Shown piece after piece: positions 11,918 through 22,679 of a DNA stretch of 41,849 nt. Position 1 is the stretch's first letter. Each line of letters begins with the position of its first letter. The notes below the pieces were generated by a model. It had not been told where the DNA came from, did not search any database, and saw only the letters and a list, made by a program, of their open reading frames with translations. The translations under genes and the position numbers were made by a program. The DNA is taken from assembly GCA_026023565.1 (NCBI GenBank), contig JAPETS010000024.1, positions 496,001 to 537,849 on the forward strand, in the 5' to 3' direction. This DNA comes from Cirrosporium novae-zelandiae (Eukaryota).

Positions 11918-14314
11918 TTAACACGGAGTGCTCTTTGGTGTTACTTCTTTCCTTGACGGCGCCCAGTTTTGTAACCAGGTCCTCGCTTTATTCAAATCAT
12001 TTCCTTCGACCTCGAGCGCTGCAACACACCACTCAAAGTCATATGAATCTGCGCTAGCATCATCATCTTGCAGCTTGCCTTTCCCTTTCTCATCTTGGGA
12101 GCCTTCAGCAGCCAATAGCTCTGCCAGGTCCCTTCTCTGCTGGCTTGCCTCATCAACACAAAAATGCAAGGGCATCTGTGTTCCTGTGACACCATCAACA
12201 AAAGGTTTGATCATTGGCAAGGCATTCTTAGTGCTAATTGTTGTGCCTTCTAGATCAACACCCATATTGGCTCGACCAGATTTGCAAAATTCGTTGCGAC
12301 ACCATGAATTACGGCATCCAGTTAGCAGTTGGCCGAGATAGCGGCGTTCGATGCGACGCTTGAGGGCTTTGCCAGTAGGATCATGCATGGAAACATAGAG
12401 GGGCCCATAGCAGATTTTGCAAAGGTCAAGATCCGCCTCATAGTTTAATTTAACATCGCCAGACTCGCTAACTTCGTCAATAACTCTTCCACAGTTGCGG
12501 TTTCGGCAAACACGGGGCTTGGGCTTGTTGAGTTTCTGAAGGGTATGGAATTTCAGGTGGGTGTCCATGTCGCGTAGACGCGTGATTTTATTACAGAGAT
12601 GGCATTCCGTCGTACGTGCACCGTCAGCATATTCGTGAGGAGTGAGGCCCGAGAGGATGACCTCGGGGTCATGGGCGTCGAGGTCTCCGTCACCTTGCTG
12701 GGGGACTAGAAGGTGACAGAATTGGCAAAGTATTGTTTTTCCGGGGCAAGTTGTAGTGCGGTGATGAGCTAAGGACGGGAGATTGGGTGACTGATAACTG
12801 CAGGTGGGACATGTTTGAGTGCCGTGGAATATCTGATCATGTTTTGATTTGCTTGCAAGGCTGTTGCCGTAGCTGGAATCGTGAGGACAATGCCAGTGAT
12901 TCTTCCATTCTTCAGAACGTTTTTGAAAAACATTCTGGCAGTGAGGACAGAGAATGTTGTTTCGGTAGCAGAAGTTCTCATGTAACACCATTGTACGTTT
13001 AGGAACCCATTGATGACAATTTTTACACTGCTCTTCATCAGGGGTATGCTCATCGTCATCAGCTGAAACAGACCCCGTGGCCTCATTTTCATCGTACGCA
13101 TCAACCAAGAGAGAGAATGTTAAAGGTAGACGCTTTTCCGAGTCTTTATCCGCTTGGACACTCTCATTCTGATAGGAGTGTACAGATATCCAAAGAGCTT
13201 CTGCACCATCCAATTCGGAGTTTTTGTGGGATATACGCATTCGTTTCGACGGTCTTGTATTAAAATCGGCAAAAACATGTTGATCAATTCTGGGGTTTGC
13301 ACGCTGCGTTCTCGACAGTGGGCTAACGAATATATCAATTCCGGAATCACCCGCAGCATCCACTTTTATTACAATATCTTGGTCCTTCTCCCAGCCACGA
13401 ACTTCGTAGTCAACATATTCCCCTTGAAGGACCTGTCCGCCTTTGACCTCTCCTAATACAAGTTCTCCTCCCTTAGAACTTCCGTCTTTCGTACCTGGCG
13501 CCTTCTGGGATTTCTCTAAGCGCCGTTTCAAGGTTTCACGTGCTTGCTCTTCATTCAAGGCTTCTATATCAACTTCTAAATCTGTATCAATTATGCATAT
13601 AGCCTCACTCTCAGGGGAAAGTTTATCAATTAAGAATTGAAAGTCCTCCCCTCTTCCTCGTACCCTCAATACCTCACCATTAGCTAGTGTCGTGAAGTTA
13701 TCTCTCATGTATTGCTCGAGAAGAGCCTTCCAGTCTTCGGGATCGTATCCAGCCTCAAGGGGTCGTAAACGGACGAAAGTGCCTTTGGGCAGCTGCCTTG
13801 AATGAACAGTAATCAATGGCCCTTCCTTATGCCCAGCGCCATCATTCATCGGGGGATCTTCAGATGTAGCCCTTGATTTGGTTGACTCGGTCACAATACT
13901 ATCCTCAGGCGCCTCATCTCGTAGGCCAAGAGCTTCTTGCAAAAACTCGCTGAGTATGATCTCGTCTTCCTCAGCAGAGAATTCCCGGATTCCGGCATAT
14001 GCAACTCTATCATTTTTCGGATTTACTAACCGAAAGGTAAGTGGATGTGGAAGACGCTGTTGTCTCTCAAGCGCTTGTTCTCGCGCTTCTCTCTCGGCTG
14101 CGAAGGAATGTGGGTTGTAGGGGTCGAACGTTCTAGAGTATGGTTGGGACGCTTCAGGTGCAGAAACCGTGACAGTGGCAGCTGATAAAAGTGCTTCAAG
14201 AGCGGAAGGAGGCAGACATATCTTGTCACCAACTAGCTTCGAGCGTTTCGATGAAGAAGATACATGAAGCTGAGTACTCCATTTTAGTGAAATGGCATCT
14301 TGTTCCGGCTCCAT
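11918..14314 (-). CDS. UFD1-domain protein with zinc fingers, AZUL domain and UBA-like C-terminus
   Basis: Single ORF from ATG 14314. UFD1-like motifs GDKICLPPSAL, GIREFSAEE and LPKGTFVRLRP; multiple C/H zinc fingers; AZUL-like RYLGQLLTGCRNSWCRNEFC; C-terminal WCVAALE...ARTWL. Confidence 0.88.
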   Translation of the reverse strand: MEPEQDAISLKWSTQLHVSSSSKRSKLVGDKICLPPSALEALLSAATVTVSAPEASQPYSRTFDPYNPHSFAAEREAREQALERQQRLPHPLTFRLVNPKNDRVAYAGIREFSAEEDEIILSEFLQEALGLRDEAPEDSIVTESTKSRATSEDPPMNDGAGHKEGPLITVHSRQLPKGTFVRLRPLEAGYDPEDWKALLEQYMRDNFTTLANGEVLRVRGRGEDFQFLIDKLSPESEAICIIDTDLEVDIEALNEEQARETLKRRLEKSQKAPGTKDGSSKGGELVLGEVKGGQVLQGEYVDYEVRGWEKDQDIVIKVDAAGDSGIDIFVSPLSRTQRANPRIDQHVFADFNTRPSKRMRISHKNSELDGAEALWISVHSYQNESVQADKDSEKRLPLTFSLLVDAYDENEATGSVSADDDEHTPDEEQCKNCHQWVPKRTMVLHENFCYRNNILCPHCQNVFQKRSEEWKNHWHCPHDSSYGNSLASKSKHDQIFHGTQTCPTCSYQSPNLPSLAHHRTTTCPGKTILCQFCHLLVPQQGDGDLDAHDPEVILSGLTPHEYADGARTTECHLCNKITRLRDMDTHLKFHTLQKLNKPKPRVCRNRNCGRVIDEVSESGDVKLNYEADLDLCKICYGPLYVSMHDPTGKALKRRIERRYLGQLLTGCRNSWCRNEFCKSGRANMGVDLEGTTISTKNALPMIKPFVDGVTGTQMPLHFCVDEASQQRRDLAELLAAEGSQDEKGKGKLQDDDASADSYDFEWCVAALEVEGNDLNKARTWLQNWAPSRKEVTPKSTPC

Positions 14315-14684
14315 GGCTTGTGCTGGAGTAATTAGATGGGACACTTGAGGTCTCAAGGGATTGACATTTCAGGTAAGACATTGTTATAAAAAATAATGTA
14401 CATTTATTAAAACATGGCTGACATACTTAAATGAATTCTCGAAGCTTCCTTGCTGACCAACTAATATTGATTTGTTCACCGCGCCACTTTGATGAAGAAG
14501 TTGTACCATGTAATCGATAGCGGTTTTTAAGCGCGCTAGCGTCTGATAAGCAACATAAGCGCTCTGCTTTTTATGAGCTGGCAATATTCCTTTTATCATA
14601 AATCTTACCACAATAATTATACAAACTTAGATTCCCCAACGTGCCTTATTTGCTGACACTCTTAATCCCGCCCATACGACAGTT

Positions 14685-16180
14685 ATGAGCACAGAACCCT
14701 CAACAACACTCTTCGACCTATTATCAACTACACTCATATTATATCAACTTGTTCCTTATCTTCCTATTTCCTCTCTTATTTCACTTGCAGCTAGTTCGAA
14801 ACGTTTTCAAGCTCTCATTTGGCATACCCCTGGTGTATTTCGCTATCTTGATCTGTCCACGCTTAAAGGGGCCGATGTCCCCTTTACGCCTATTGACACT
14901 GGTGGAGAGGTATGGAATAGTCAAAGGTTAGATGAAGCAGTCACTGAGGATGACTTCTATGGAGGCCCCCTAAGAGGCATATTTGCAAAACTCACAAAGA
15001 AGAAGGTTCTACATGATGTTCGGACTTTGATCCTGGATGGATTGTCCGTCCCTGCTGAACTCGTTTACGAAATCCTAACAGAAGAATGCTACAATATCCG
15101 GATTCTATCCATCAGAGAGGTTAAAAATCTCAACGTGCGTAAGCTTATGGGAACCCTTCGACACTGCGTTCGCCCTTCTCGACCCGAAGGTACCCCACGA
15201 CTAAAGGCGCTCTACGTGTTTGGCAAGATAGATGCCGGATTGTCTAGTCCAACTAACTCTCTGACTGGAGATTGTCATAGATCTCCAGCTTCAAACGATG
15301 CCGATCCAAGACAAAAACTCGACTCTTCCTTGAAGGACACAACTGACTGCTGGTACCGGCGATCAGGGAAAATATTTCAACGACCGTTGCTCTCTGAGTG
15401 GGCAGAAACTGTTGATGCTTGCAAGGATATTATTTCATTCGATGCCATCTTATGCCCTGGCTCTCGACATTGCCCGTATCCTTATGGAACCCCTGAACCC
15501 CTTGGCTCCGTCCACCACGTAGATCGAGACAGCTATCTTCCACCAGCTCTTGCAACCGTAGCTATCGGCCCAGAAGGTTGCGGCGTCTGTGGAAAACTAG
15601 CAGAGCAACCGGCAATTTTTGGAAAGTCTCCTTCGAGCTGCTTGCCTTTACTCTCCCCGCCACCTTTACATGGGATAACCGTCAAAGCAGCCCAACATCC
15701 TTCTACCGCCATCAATCCTCGTACACCGGTTATTGCCCGCTGCCAAGCTTGCCTGATGCACCGGTACTGTGAGAACTGTGGACATTGGTACTGCGAAGAA
15801 TGTATTGACTCTTCGGAAAAGTCACGTATAAATCACCAGCATGATATGGCTGGTGATGAAATCAGAAGCATATCCCCTATTCGTATTCGTCGAGTTTGTT
15901 TCGAATGTGGATTCTTGGTAAGCTATCTAAACCAGAGATATGCCTAAGCTTCATAGCTCATCTAGGCTAACCGGAGATGAAGTGCCCGAGTTGCTATGGA
16001 TCGAAACATCGGAAATGTCGTAAATGCCAGGGTCACTATTGCCTGGAGCACAATCCAGGTTGTACTTCAACACGGGTGAGTGGTATACAAAACCATGTGT
16101 TCATGCGGAGGGCATCGCTAAGTTTAGAGAAGTGTGATTGGTGCAGCCACTCTGGACGGCCAACACGGGAAATGTATTAG
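14685..16180 (+). CDS. F-box-like protein with Cys-rich C-terminus
   Basis: Exons 14685-15917, 15983-16075, 16133-16180. N-terminal F-box-like segment LILYQLVPYLPISSLISLAASSKRFQALI, LRR-like VRTLILDGLSV, and many CxxC pairs at the C-terminus. Confidence 0.75.
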
Positions 16181-16808
16181 TGCATTTGGTTGTTGAAATC
16201 ATCGTGACAATCGAAACAGCAACCGAGGTGAATGGTTGCTTCTTTCCCTCGAGGTTAAATCCCTCCCGAACAGCTCGTCTGCGGTGGACTATTAGATCAT
16301 ATACTTACTATAGGTGCCATGGAGCACTAACTCTCCCCTCTATATCATATTTCGGGTACTTTGATGTCGTCCGTTTTCAGAAAAATCAAGAGACGAATAT
16401 TATACCGGGGGATTCAGGAATACTCTCCTCTCAATGTCTAAGCTTGGACTTATGAAACCTTTTTTAGTTTTAGGAACAATTAATGTGATACCATGCCGTG
16501 TTATTTTCACTGGCCGTCTTTATGGGATTGTTGTTAAGATAAACTGTCCCCGAAACTGAAATTTCTGCCGCTACCTAGAGCGTGTTTCAAGGCATCGAAT
16601 ATTCTCGTCTAGTCTGAGACATATTTGACCTCTTACTATAGTGTCAGGTGAAATCCCCCTTAGTATATGAGGGGACCTTCGCACTGAATTTAACACTTTC
16701 AAGTTACCTCTATTCGATATTTGACATTTGGGCTGAAGAGTACATTACCAGTAGCGGACTGGATAATTAGCCAGGTATCCCCCTTTGTTGGCAATCCTTC
16801 TATTGAAA

Positions 16809-17339
16809 ATGATGTTCGAGGTCCCTAACTACATTGACGTGGAGGATGAGGTGAAGAGCATTCTTGACTCCCGAATCAACAAGAACAAGCAGGGTCGGTT
16901 GGAGTATCTCTTGCGATGGAAGGATGAGCCTTCGCCCGAATATTCCTGGGAACCAGCCGATGATCTTGAGAACGCAGACAAAATGTTGGAGCGTTTTCAC
17001 AGGAAATTTCCAAACAAGCCAAAAGCGTTATTGGCTAGTGTTCACGTGAGGACCTCCCAGTTATATCCTTTGACAGCTTCCCGAAGACTAGCTTTCCCAT
17101 CAACCAAAAGACCCTTAATCATAAATTGGCTGGGTGAAGAATATGAAATAGAATCAATTCAAGACTCCCGAATCAATGCCTGGTTCAGGGTTCTTGAGTA
17201 TCTTGTGAAATGGAGCAACTTCCATTCAGGATGGAATTCCTGGGAGCCTCAAGCAATCATTCTCGCTGCATGCAGCGGGTTTGAGTGGTTGCATGATTTC
17301 CATAAGAGGAATCCCCAGAAGCCAGCAGACCAGCCTTGA
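16809..17339 (+). CDS. Tandem chromodomain ORF (two chromovirus-integrase-like chromodomains); 5' part of the chromo-RBR locus
   Basis: EVKSILDSR...LEYLLRWKDEP..YSWEPADDLENA..LERFHRKFPNKP and EEYEIESIQDSR...LEYLVKWSNF...NSWEP...LHDFHKRNPQKP. Ends at TGA 17337-17339. Confidence 0.85.
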   Translation: MMFEVPNYIDVEDEVKSILDSRINKNKQGRLEYLLRWKDEPSPEYSWEPADDLENADKMLERFHRKFPNKPKALLASVHVRTSQLYPLTASRRLAFPSTKRPLIINWLGEEYEIESIQDSRINAWFRVLEYLVKWSNFHSGWNSWEPQAIILAACSGFEWLHDFHKRNPQKPADQP

Positions 17340-18029
17340 GATCTCAGGTTCAACGTTGGCCAGAGGTTTATTCCACATTCGAAGCAATGCTCTATTTGTT
17401 TTGATGACATGATTATGGTAAACTTCTTTTCAGCCAGCGTTTTTGAATTCTCACGGCGGGTGCTATGTGAACATATGGAGGATATTTGCAGAATATGCAT
17501 TTGGCGGCATCTTGAAATCTCAATCCGCTCTAAAGGCGAAATGGGTTGTACCTGTCCTGGATGCGGTAGTTTCGATTCAGTTATGTTTGAAGCGGTGTTT
17601 ATTCTGGACGACCCTGAGCTCAAGGTCAAAAATTTAAGGAAGAAGTTGTCCACCTAAACGGTTTAAACAAATACCGAGAGCTAACAAAGTCCAGGTACCA
17701 AAGACAACAAGAACGCGAACATTTGAACTATCGCTCATGTTCTAATCTCAGATGCACTTATGGTGTTGTTCATATTCAAGGTGCACGAAACCCCCTTATT
17801 ACCTGTCCCAGGTGCCACCTTCGCTTCTGCTTCACGCATCAAATGGCCTGGCATAAAGGTCTCACTTGTGCACAGTACGATGCATCTGAGGAACGTAAAA
17901 GGCGGAAGAGAGAAGAAGATGAACGTGAACAGCTCTCTGCACAAACAATTTACCGGACCTCTACAAAGTGTCCTAATTGGAGATGCCCTTATTATGTAAC
18001 CAGGATAGGTGGATGTATACACATGACAT
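17340..18029 (+). pseudogene. RBR (RING1-IBR-RING2) E3 ubiquitin ligase region continuing the chromodomain frame past one TGA; final exon not recognisable
   Basis: The same frame continues DLRFNVGQRFIPHSKQCSIC...CEH..CRIC...CPGC. A phase-2 intron 17645-17694 (GTTGTC..GCTAAC..CAG) leads to IBR CSNLRC...CPRC..FCFTHQMAWHKGLTC and RING2 KCPNWRC...GGCIHMT, with a GTAAGT donor at 18030. Functional versus pseudogene status is unresolved. Confidence 0.7.
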
Positions 18030-19289
18030 GTAAGTACCCGTTATCTTGGGGGTTTTATATTAAAATATAACCAAATAATGACAACGAACGAGCACTAATT
18101 GAATCAATGATGGCCAAGTAAATGTAGAACATCCTTTTATGATATGACGGGTGTGCATAAATAGATAAAGGCTACTTAAACTTGTTGAATCATGTGTGGA
18201 GATCCCCTGACGTACCAGAGAATATTTCGTCTGACCACAGTACGTCTCTAAATTCACACTATCAATTCATTCTTTCTCATACTCCTAAGATCAAAATACA
18301 TCTCCGGATGAACTTTCGTACCAAACTAAGCATATACTTCTGAATACTTTGGCAGTATCTTGTAACAGCCCAAAGGCCGAAGCAACTTCTAGTACTGAAT
18401 TTCATCTACCTGGAGGTTCCTAGACAAGGCTAACAAGTTGATTTTCCAGTACTTTTCAGTTCCGATTTACTCGTCTGTCTCGCGTCTATATCTAGTATTT
18501 TAGTATCCTTTCTTCCTGGATTTCGATCCCCAGTCTCTGATCCTCAGCGGTGTTTTTTCTTTCAGACCGTGTTATAACAACAATATCTCAGTTGAAACCT
18601 TCCAAGATTTCAGAACTTTTCATACAAAGCTATTTATCAAAAATGCGACATTCTCTTGCCTTTCATCTATCTCTAATGAAACACAAACGAAAGAAAAAAC
18701 TTCAAAATAACAATGTATCAGACTAAGCCCTCTCCACATGCTTTGTTAAAATATAAAACATTAGTCTAGTAACTCGAACATTCTCTTCGAAGATTACATT
18801 TTCCATAAAAACCCTACCTGGCGTCCCCAATACTCTAAGATGTCATTAACAACGCAAATAGTATCATGACGACGAGCCCATGCTAAAGAACCCCCCCTAA
18901 AAAACAGGCCAAACTGACCAAGACAGACCCGATATCACCCACCCACCTACACACACACATATATGCCACCACCGACCATCTTCATCCTCCTTTTCTCCCC
19001 CTATTCGTCATACTCTCCCTACTAATAAACATCTTCAAGGCCATCTACCACTACCCTAGGCCGCCCTCCCCCCTTCCACAGACCACCATCTCATGTCAGA
19101 CCCTCCCCGACCCCATTCCAATACCACCCCTAGTCAACGAACTTCTCACCCCACAACACCAACACCAACAATAACCACAACAACAACAGCAATTCTAATC
19201 CCAATTCAATCTCCAACCCCAACCCCTCAAGCGCCGCCTCCCAATAGCAACCCGCTTCCTCGCCACCAAACTCCGCGTCGCTCATCCAA

Positions 19290-19897
19290 ATGAGACTCTC
19301 CAGACACCTAATACTATCGACCATCATCCATGTCCTCGCCGTCATCCTCGTCCAGGACCAGCTAAGAAAAACTCTCAAGCTACCCAGCTCCAGCTCCAGC
19401 TTCGACTCCGGACCCCCAATCCCAATCCCGCTCCCAGCTCCACCCCATCCCCACTCCGTCGCCGATCCCAACAATCCGCCTCGATGCCAAAAGATCCACC
19501 CCGCCCCCAATCCCCACACCTCCAGTACCACAAACCCAAACCCAAACCCAAACTCCTCATCCTCGACTCCCGCCAAAACCCCACCACCACCACCCCCCCA
19601 ACAATCGACCTCCTAATTCTCCATCCTCGCCCCCACTCTAAATCCAAATCCAAATTCAAATCCAAATCCACACCCACGATCAAAATCACCGACTTTGTAA
19701 GCCCAATCTGGACACCCCTTTCAGAAATCCTCTCTCATGAAAACGAAGGCCATGACCATGACTATACAGCCGCCCTCCTAGATTTATATACCAGGAATCC
19801 GGAAAACCCGGGCTCGAGGGTTTTTGTAGATGGGTATTCAGGGTGGAGCGTTTTGAGGGAGTTGCCGGTTGGGGATGAGGGAGGATGGGTGGGTTAG
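19290..19897 (+). other. Possible fragmented or degenerate coding region embedded in C-rich low-complexity DNA
   Basis: Two protein-like segments in different frames (RLSRHLILSTIIHVLAVILVQDQLRKTL; IKITDFVSPIWTPLSEIL...AALLDLYTRNP...RVFVDGYSGWSVL) separated by CCA/CCC/AAATCC-type repeats. No consistent splicing found. Confidence 0.3.
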
Positions 19898-20596
19898 GAG
19901 AGGTTAGTGGGGGAGGGGAAAAAGAAATTCGATTGTAGTCTTCGCGCCGTATATTCGATTTAGATGCGCTGTTATGCTTAGGAAGTCACTGAGTAGAGTC
20001 TATAATATATGCATTATCACTTGGTCATGATGTAATATATGTTAAATTTTTTCTTAAATAGAAAGTTAGAGCTAGATAGAGTTGTATGCCATCAAAAAGG
20101 ACTTCTCTAATGGTATCAATATAATAAAACCACAAGAGTTCTAGCTAGGTAGTTAACTAACTCTGCCTTTGCCATGTACAAGATGTACAGTTTCTGCCTC
20201 AGCACCTAGCTAGAACGCTTGACATAAAGAAACATTGTTCGCTCGCAAGAGAAAAAGGAGAAACCAATCATACCATGCAATCCATCCCTTTTTATTCTAG
20301 GGCCAATCAAAGAAAAATATTGAACACATGGCAACATGCTGCTCTAATCGCATCTCTCCGTTGCGAACTGGCTCTCTGTCAATGTCAGGCTCTATCTGTA
20401 AAATGCACACCTAAAAAAATACCCAGTCACCCGGCCAGTCGTATATTAGACCCACTATAATTCCAATACTTTCCGGCCGCTGCACACTGTAAGAGTGATT
20501 GGTGATTTAGCATGGTAGTTTGGTGCTTTTAGTCGTTCCAATCATAACCATCACAATTACTATTAGTTGTTTTTTGCCCTACTGTATTCGATAGGT

Positions 20597-21668
20597 TTAT
20601 GAGTTTCCGGGCGTAGGTGTTGATTTTGTTCGACGCAAATCGTACTTGGTAGGTTCAGGTGGTAAATCATCAAATTTCTGAGCTTGCCAGTCCCAGGTTT
20701 TACCACAGCCAGCACCTGTATTTAAACAAATCAGCAACCGATATCATTATAAATTGAAATAACAGAACCTGAAGGAGAGCATGTTGTCATATTAAAAATA
20801 TCTTAATAGAAAATGGAGGCTCACAGACAACCATATTACAGCCTCCGTTTTTCTCGGCGTACCATGGGCAGTTTTTCCCAGGACATTTCTTGCTAATTTT
20901 CTTGGCCTCTCGTTCATTCACCCTCCTACGCTTTGCCTCAGGACTCCCTTTTTCGTATTCATCACACGTCTGACCCTCATGCCAGGGAATCTGACAATTG
21001 AAACAACTTTTTGCTCCACAGGTGGTGCAGATGACTACTTCCTTTAAGTTGCCTAGCTCTTCGGCATCACGCTTACGCTTCTTCGCGACCTTGCTCATGT
21101 CATGTTTTTGGCCAGCACCACAACCGGCTTTTAGACACCATCGCCAGCTTGGATGGGTTTCCCGAGTTCTCCTCTTCACTAGCTCGGTCAAATCTTTCCC
21201 ATGTTGAGCAGAAACACCGTTGAGAATGTGCTTCTTTGTAAGAGTGATCCCACAGGCTACACAGTGAATATTGGTCCATTTTCCAGTGCTAGAGATGACA
21301 GTTTCGGTGTGACGAAAAAGACAATCTGAACAATAAGTGCTAAGACCACTGTAACCGCATCGATGTTGTGCCGGGTCTAGAGGAGTTTGGAAGTGTCCCT
21401 CATAAGGGTCGACAAAAGGAAAGGAAGATATGGGTTTCGATTCAGCACAGATAATGCAGGGGCGGTGTGGCTGAAGGAGAGGTGGTGGAAGTGGTGGTGG
21501 AAGAGAAGGTGCAGCAGCTTTAGTTTTTTCTAGCTTGGGGGGTTCTTTGGCGACCTCTTTGCGACGTCGGAAGTTGTACCGACTTGAGATACCTTCCTCA
21601 ACGTCGATTTGGGTATTAGTAATATCGGCTCGAGCAACACTATTGTTAGAGGCCTTTTGAGGGGCCAT
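20597..21668 (-). CDS. RBR (IBR-domain) E3 ubiquitin ligase-like protein
   Basis: Exons 21668-20825 and 20715-20597. RING1 CIIC..C..CSDC..CVAC; IBR WRWCLKAGCGAGQKH..CTTC..SCFNCQIPWHEGQTC; RING2 KKCPGKNC..EKNGGCNMVVCAGCGKTWDW. Confidence 0.85.
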
Positions 21669-22448
21669 GATAGCTGAGGTACAAGGGGTGGGTGCTAGTC
21701 ACAAAATTTGGAGAGCAGTTGGATGTTTCAAGAGAAAGTAGTATTGGGGAAGAGGTGTGATGTAGATGTTATTATTGCGAGGTGGTTGTCACGGTATCAG
21801 TATTCACTGAACATGGGCTTAGTTGTAATTTCCTAGCAGAGTGGGATTGGGGGGAAAGTATGACCAGCAAGAGGCCTGAGCAAGGCTAAGGCGGGTCTTT
21901 AATGAAGGTATTGGATATCTAAGGTCTGGAGTGAAAAGAAAACAGCTGTTCAGTAGAGAAGCTGGAGAAGTCGATAGATGTGTCGGTTGACGCCAGGTTT
22001 CAAGAACGATCAAGAGACATCGAAGTGGGATGGCGGGGATGATTTATGTGTTAATGATTATCGGTAAATTATAAGAATCCCCCGCTCAGCCTTACAAGGG
22101 GAAATGGGTGATTAATATTGTTGGTAGAGGAGACAAGATTGGGTCGAATTGAGCGAATGAGATGTTTAAGCGTGAATAGATGTGCTAGCCGCACAAGGCT
22201 GCAATTGTTGCCTACCTCATCTTACTTTTTGTAGATTTAAAGATAACAGTCATGCCTGATTCTGTTTCTTACGCGCGCTGTCATCTGACTGATAATATTG
22301 GACGGAACAGACGAACTGGAGGCTCTGGGTGGAGTTGGAAAGTGTTACGAAAATATCGAAATACCTTTTTGTTTTGTTTTTATCCTTTACTTTATATGGG
22401 TTAGCCTATCTTGGCATCAAATTAAGGTACTGTAGACTATGACATGTA

Positions 22449-22480
22449 CTTTTTATTCTTTTTATTCTTTTTATTCTTTT
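22449..22480. repeat. (CTTTTTATT)3.5 tandem repeat upstream of the rhamnosidase
   Basis: Read directly. Confidence 0.85.
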
Positions 22481-22679
22481 GTATACTTTCCACAGTCCTT
22501 CGCTAATAGCTATGCCGAATTATCCTTTTTATCACCAGATGCTCGATACATTGTACCGATTTTTTCCTCTTATAGGCTGACCTATTCAGCCATCAAGGTG
22601 TGAATTATGTTATTTGCATAAATTCCTCTACTTTTATTTCTATGACTACAATTTTGGCTGTTGGTTTTTATATGCCGTC

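Noticed and set aside
17045..17077. Possible intron GTGAGG...GACAG between the chromodomains
   Set aside because: Only 33 nt, below typical fungal intron size, and the frame is open without it.
18030..18175. Terminal RING2 exon of the chromo-RBR (KCRTSFYDM-like peptide near 18119-18145)
   Set aside because: A branch-like ACTAAT is present, but I found no AG acceptor giving the right phase and no final CxxC; it cannot be called.
16500..18800. Intact LTR retrotransposon around the chromodomains
   Set aside because: No gag, RT, RNase H or integrase core motifs and no LTR pair visible.
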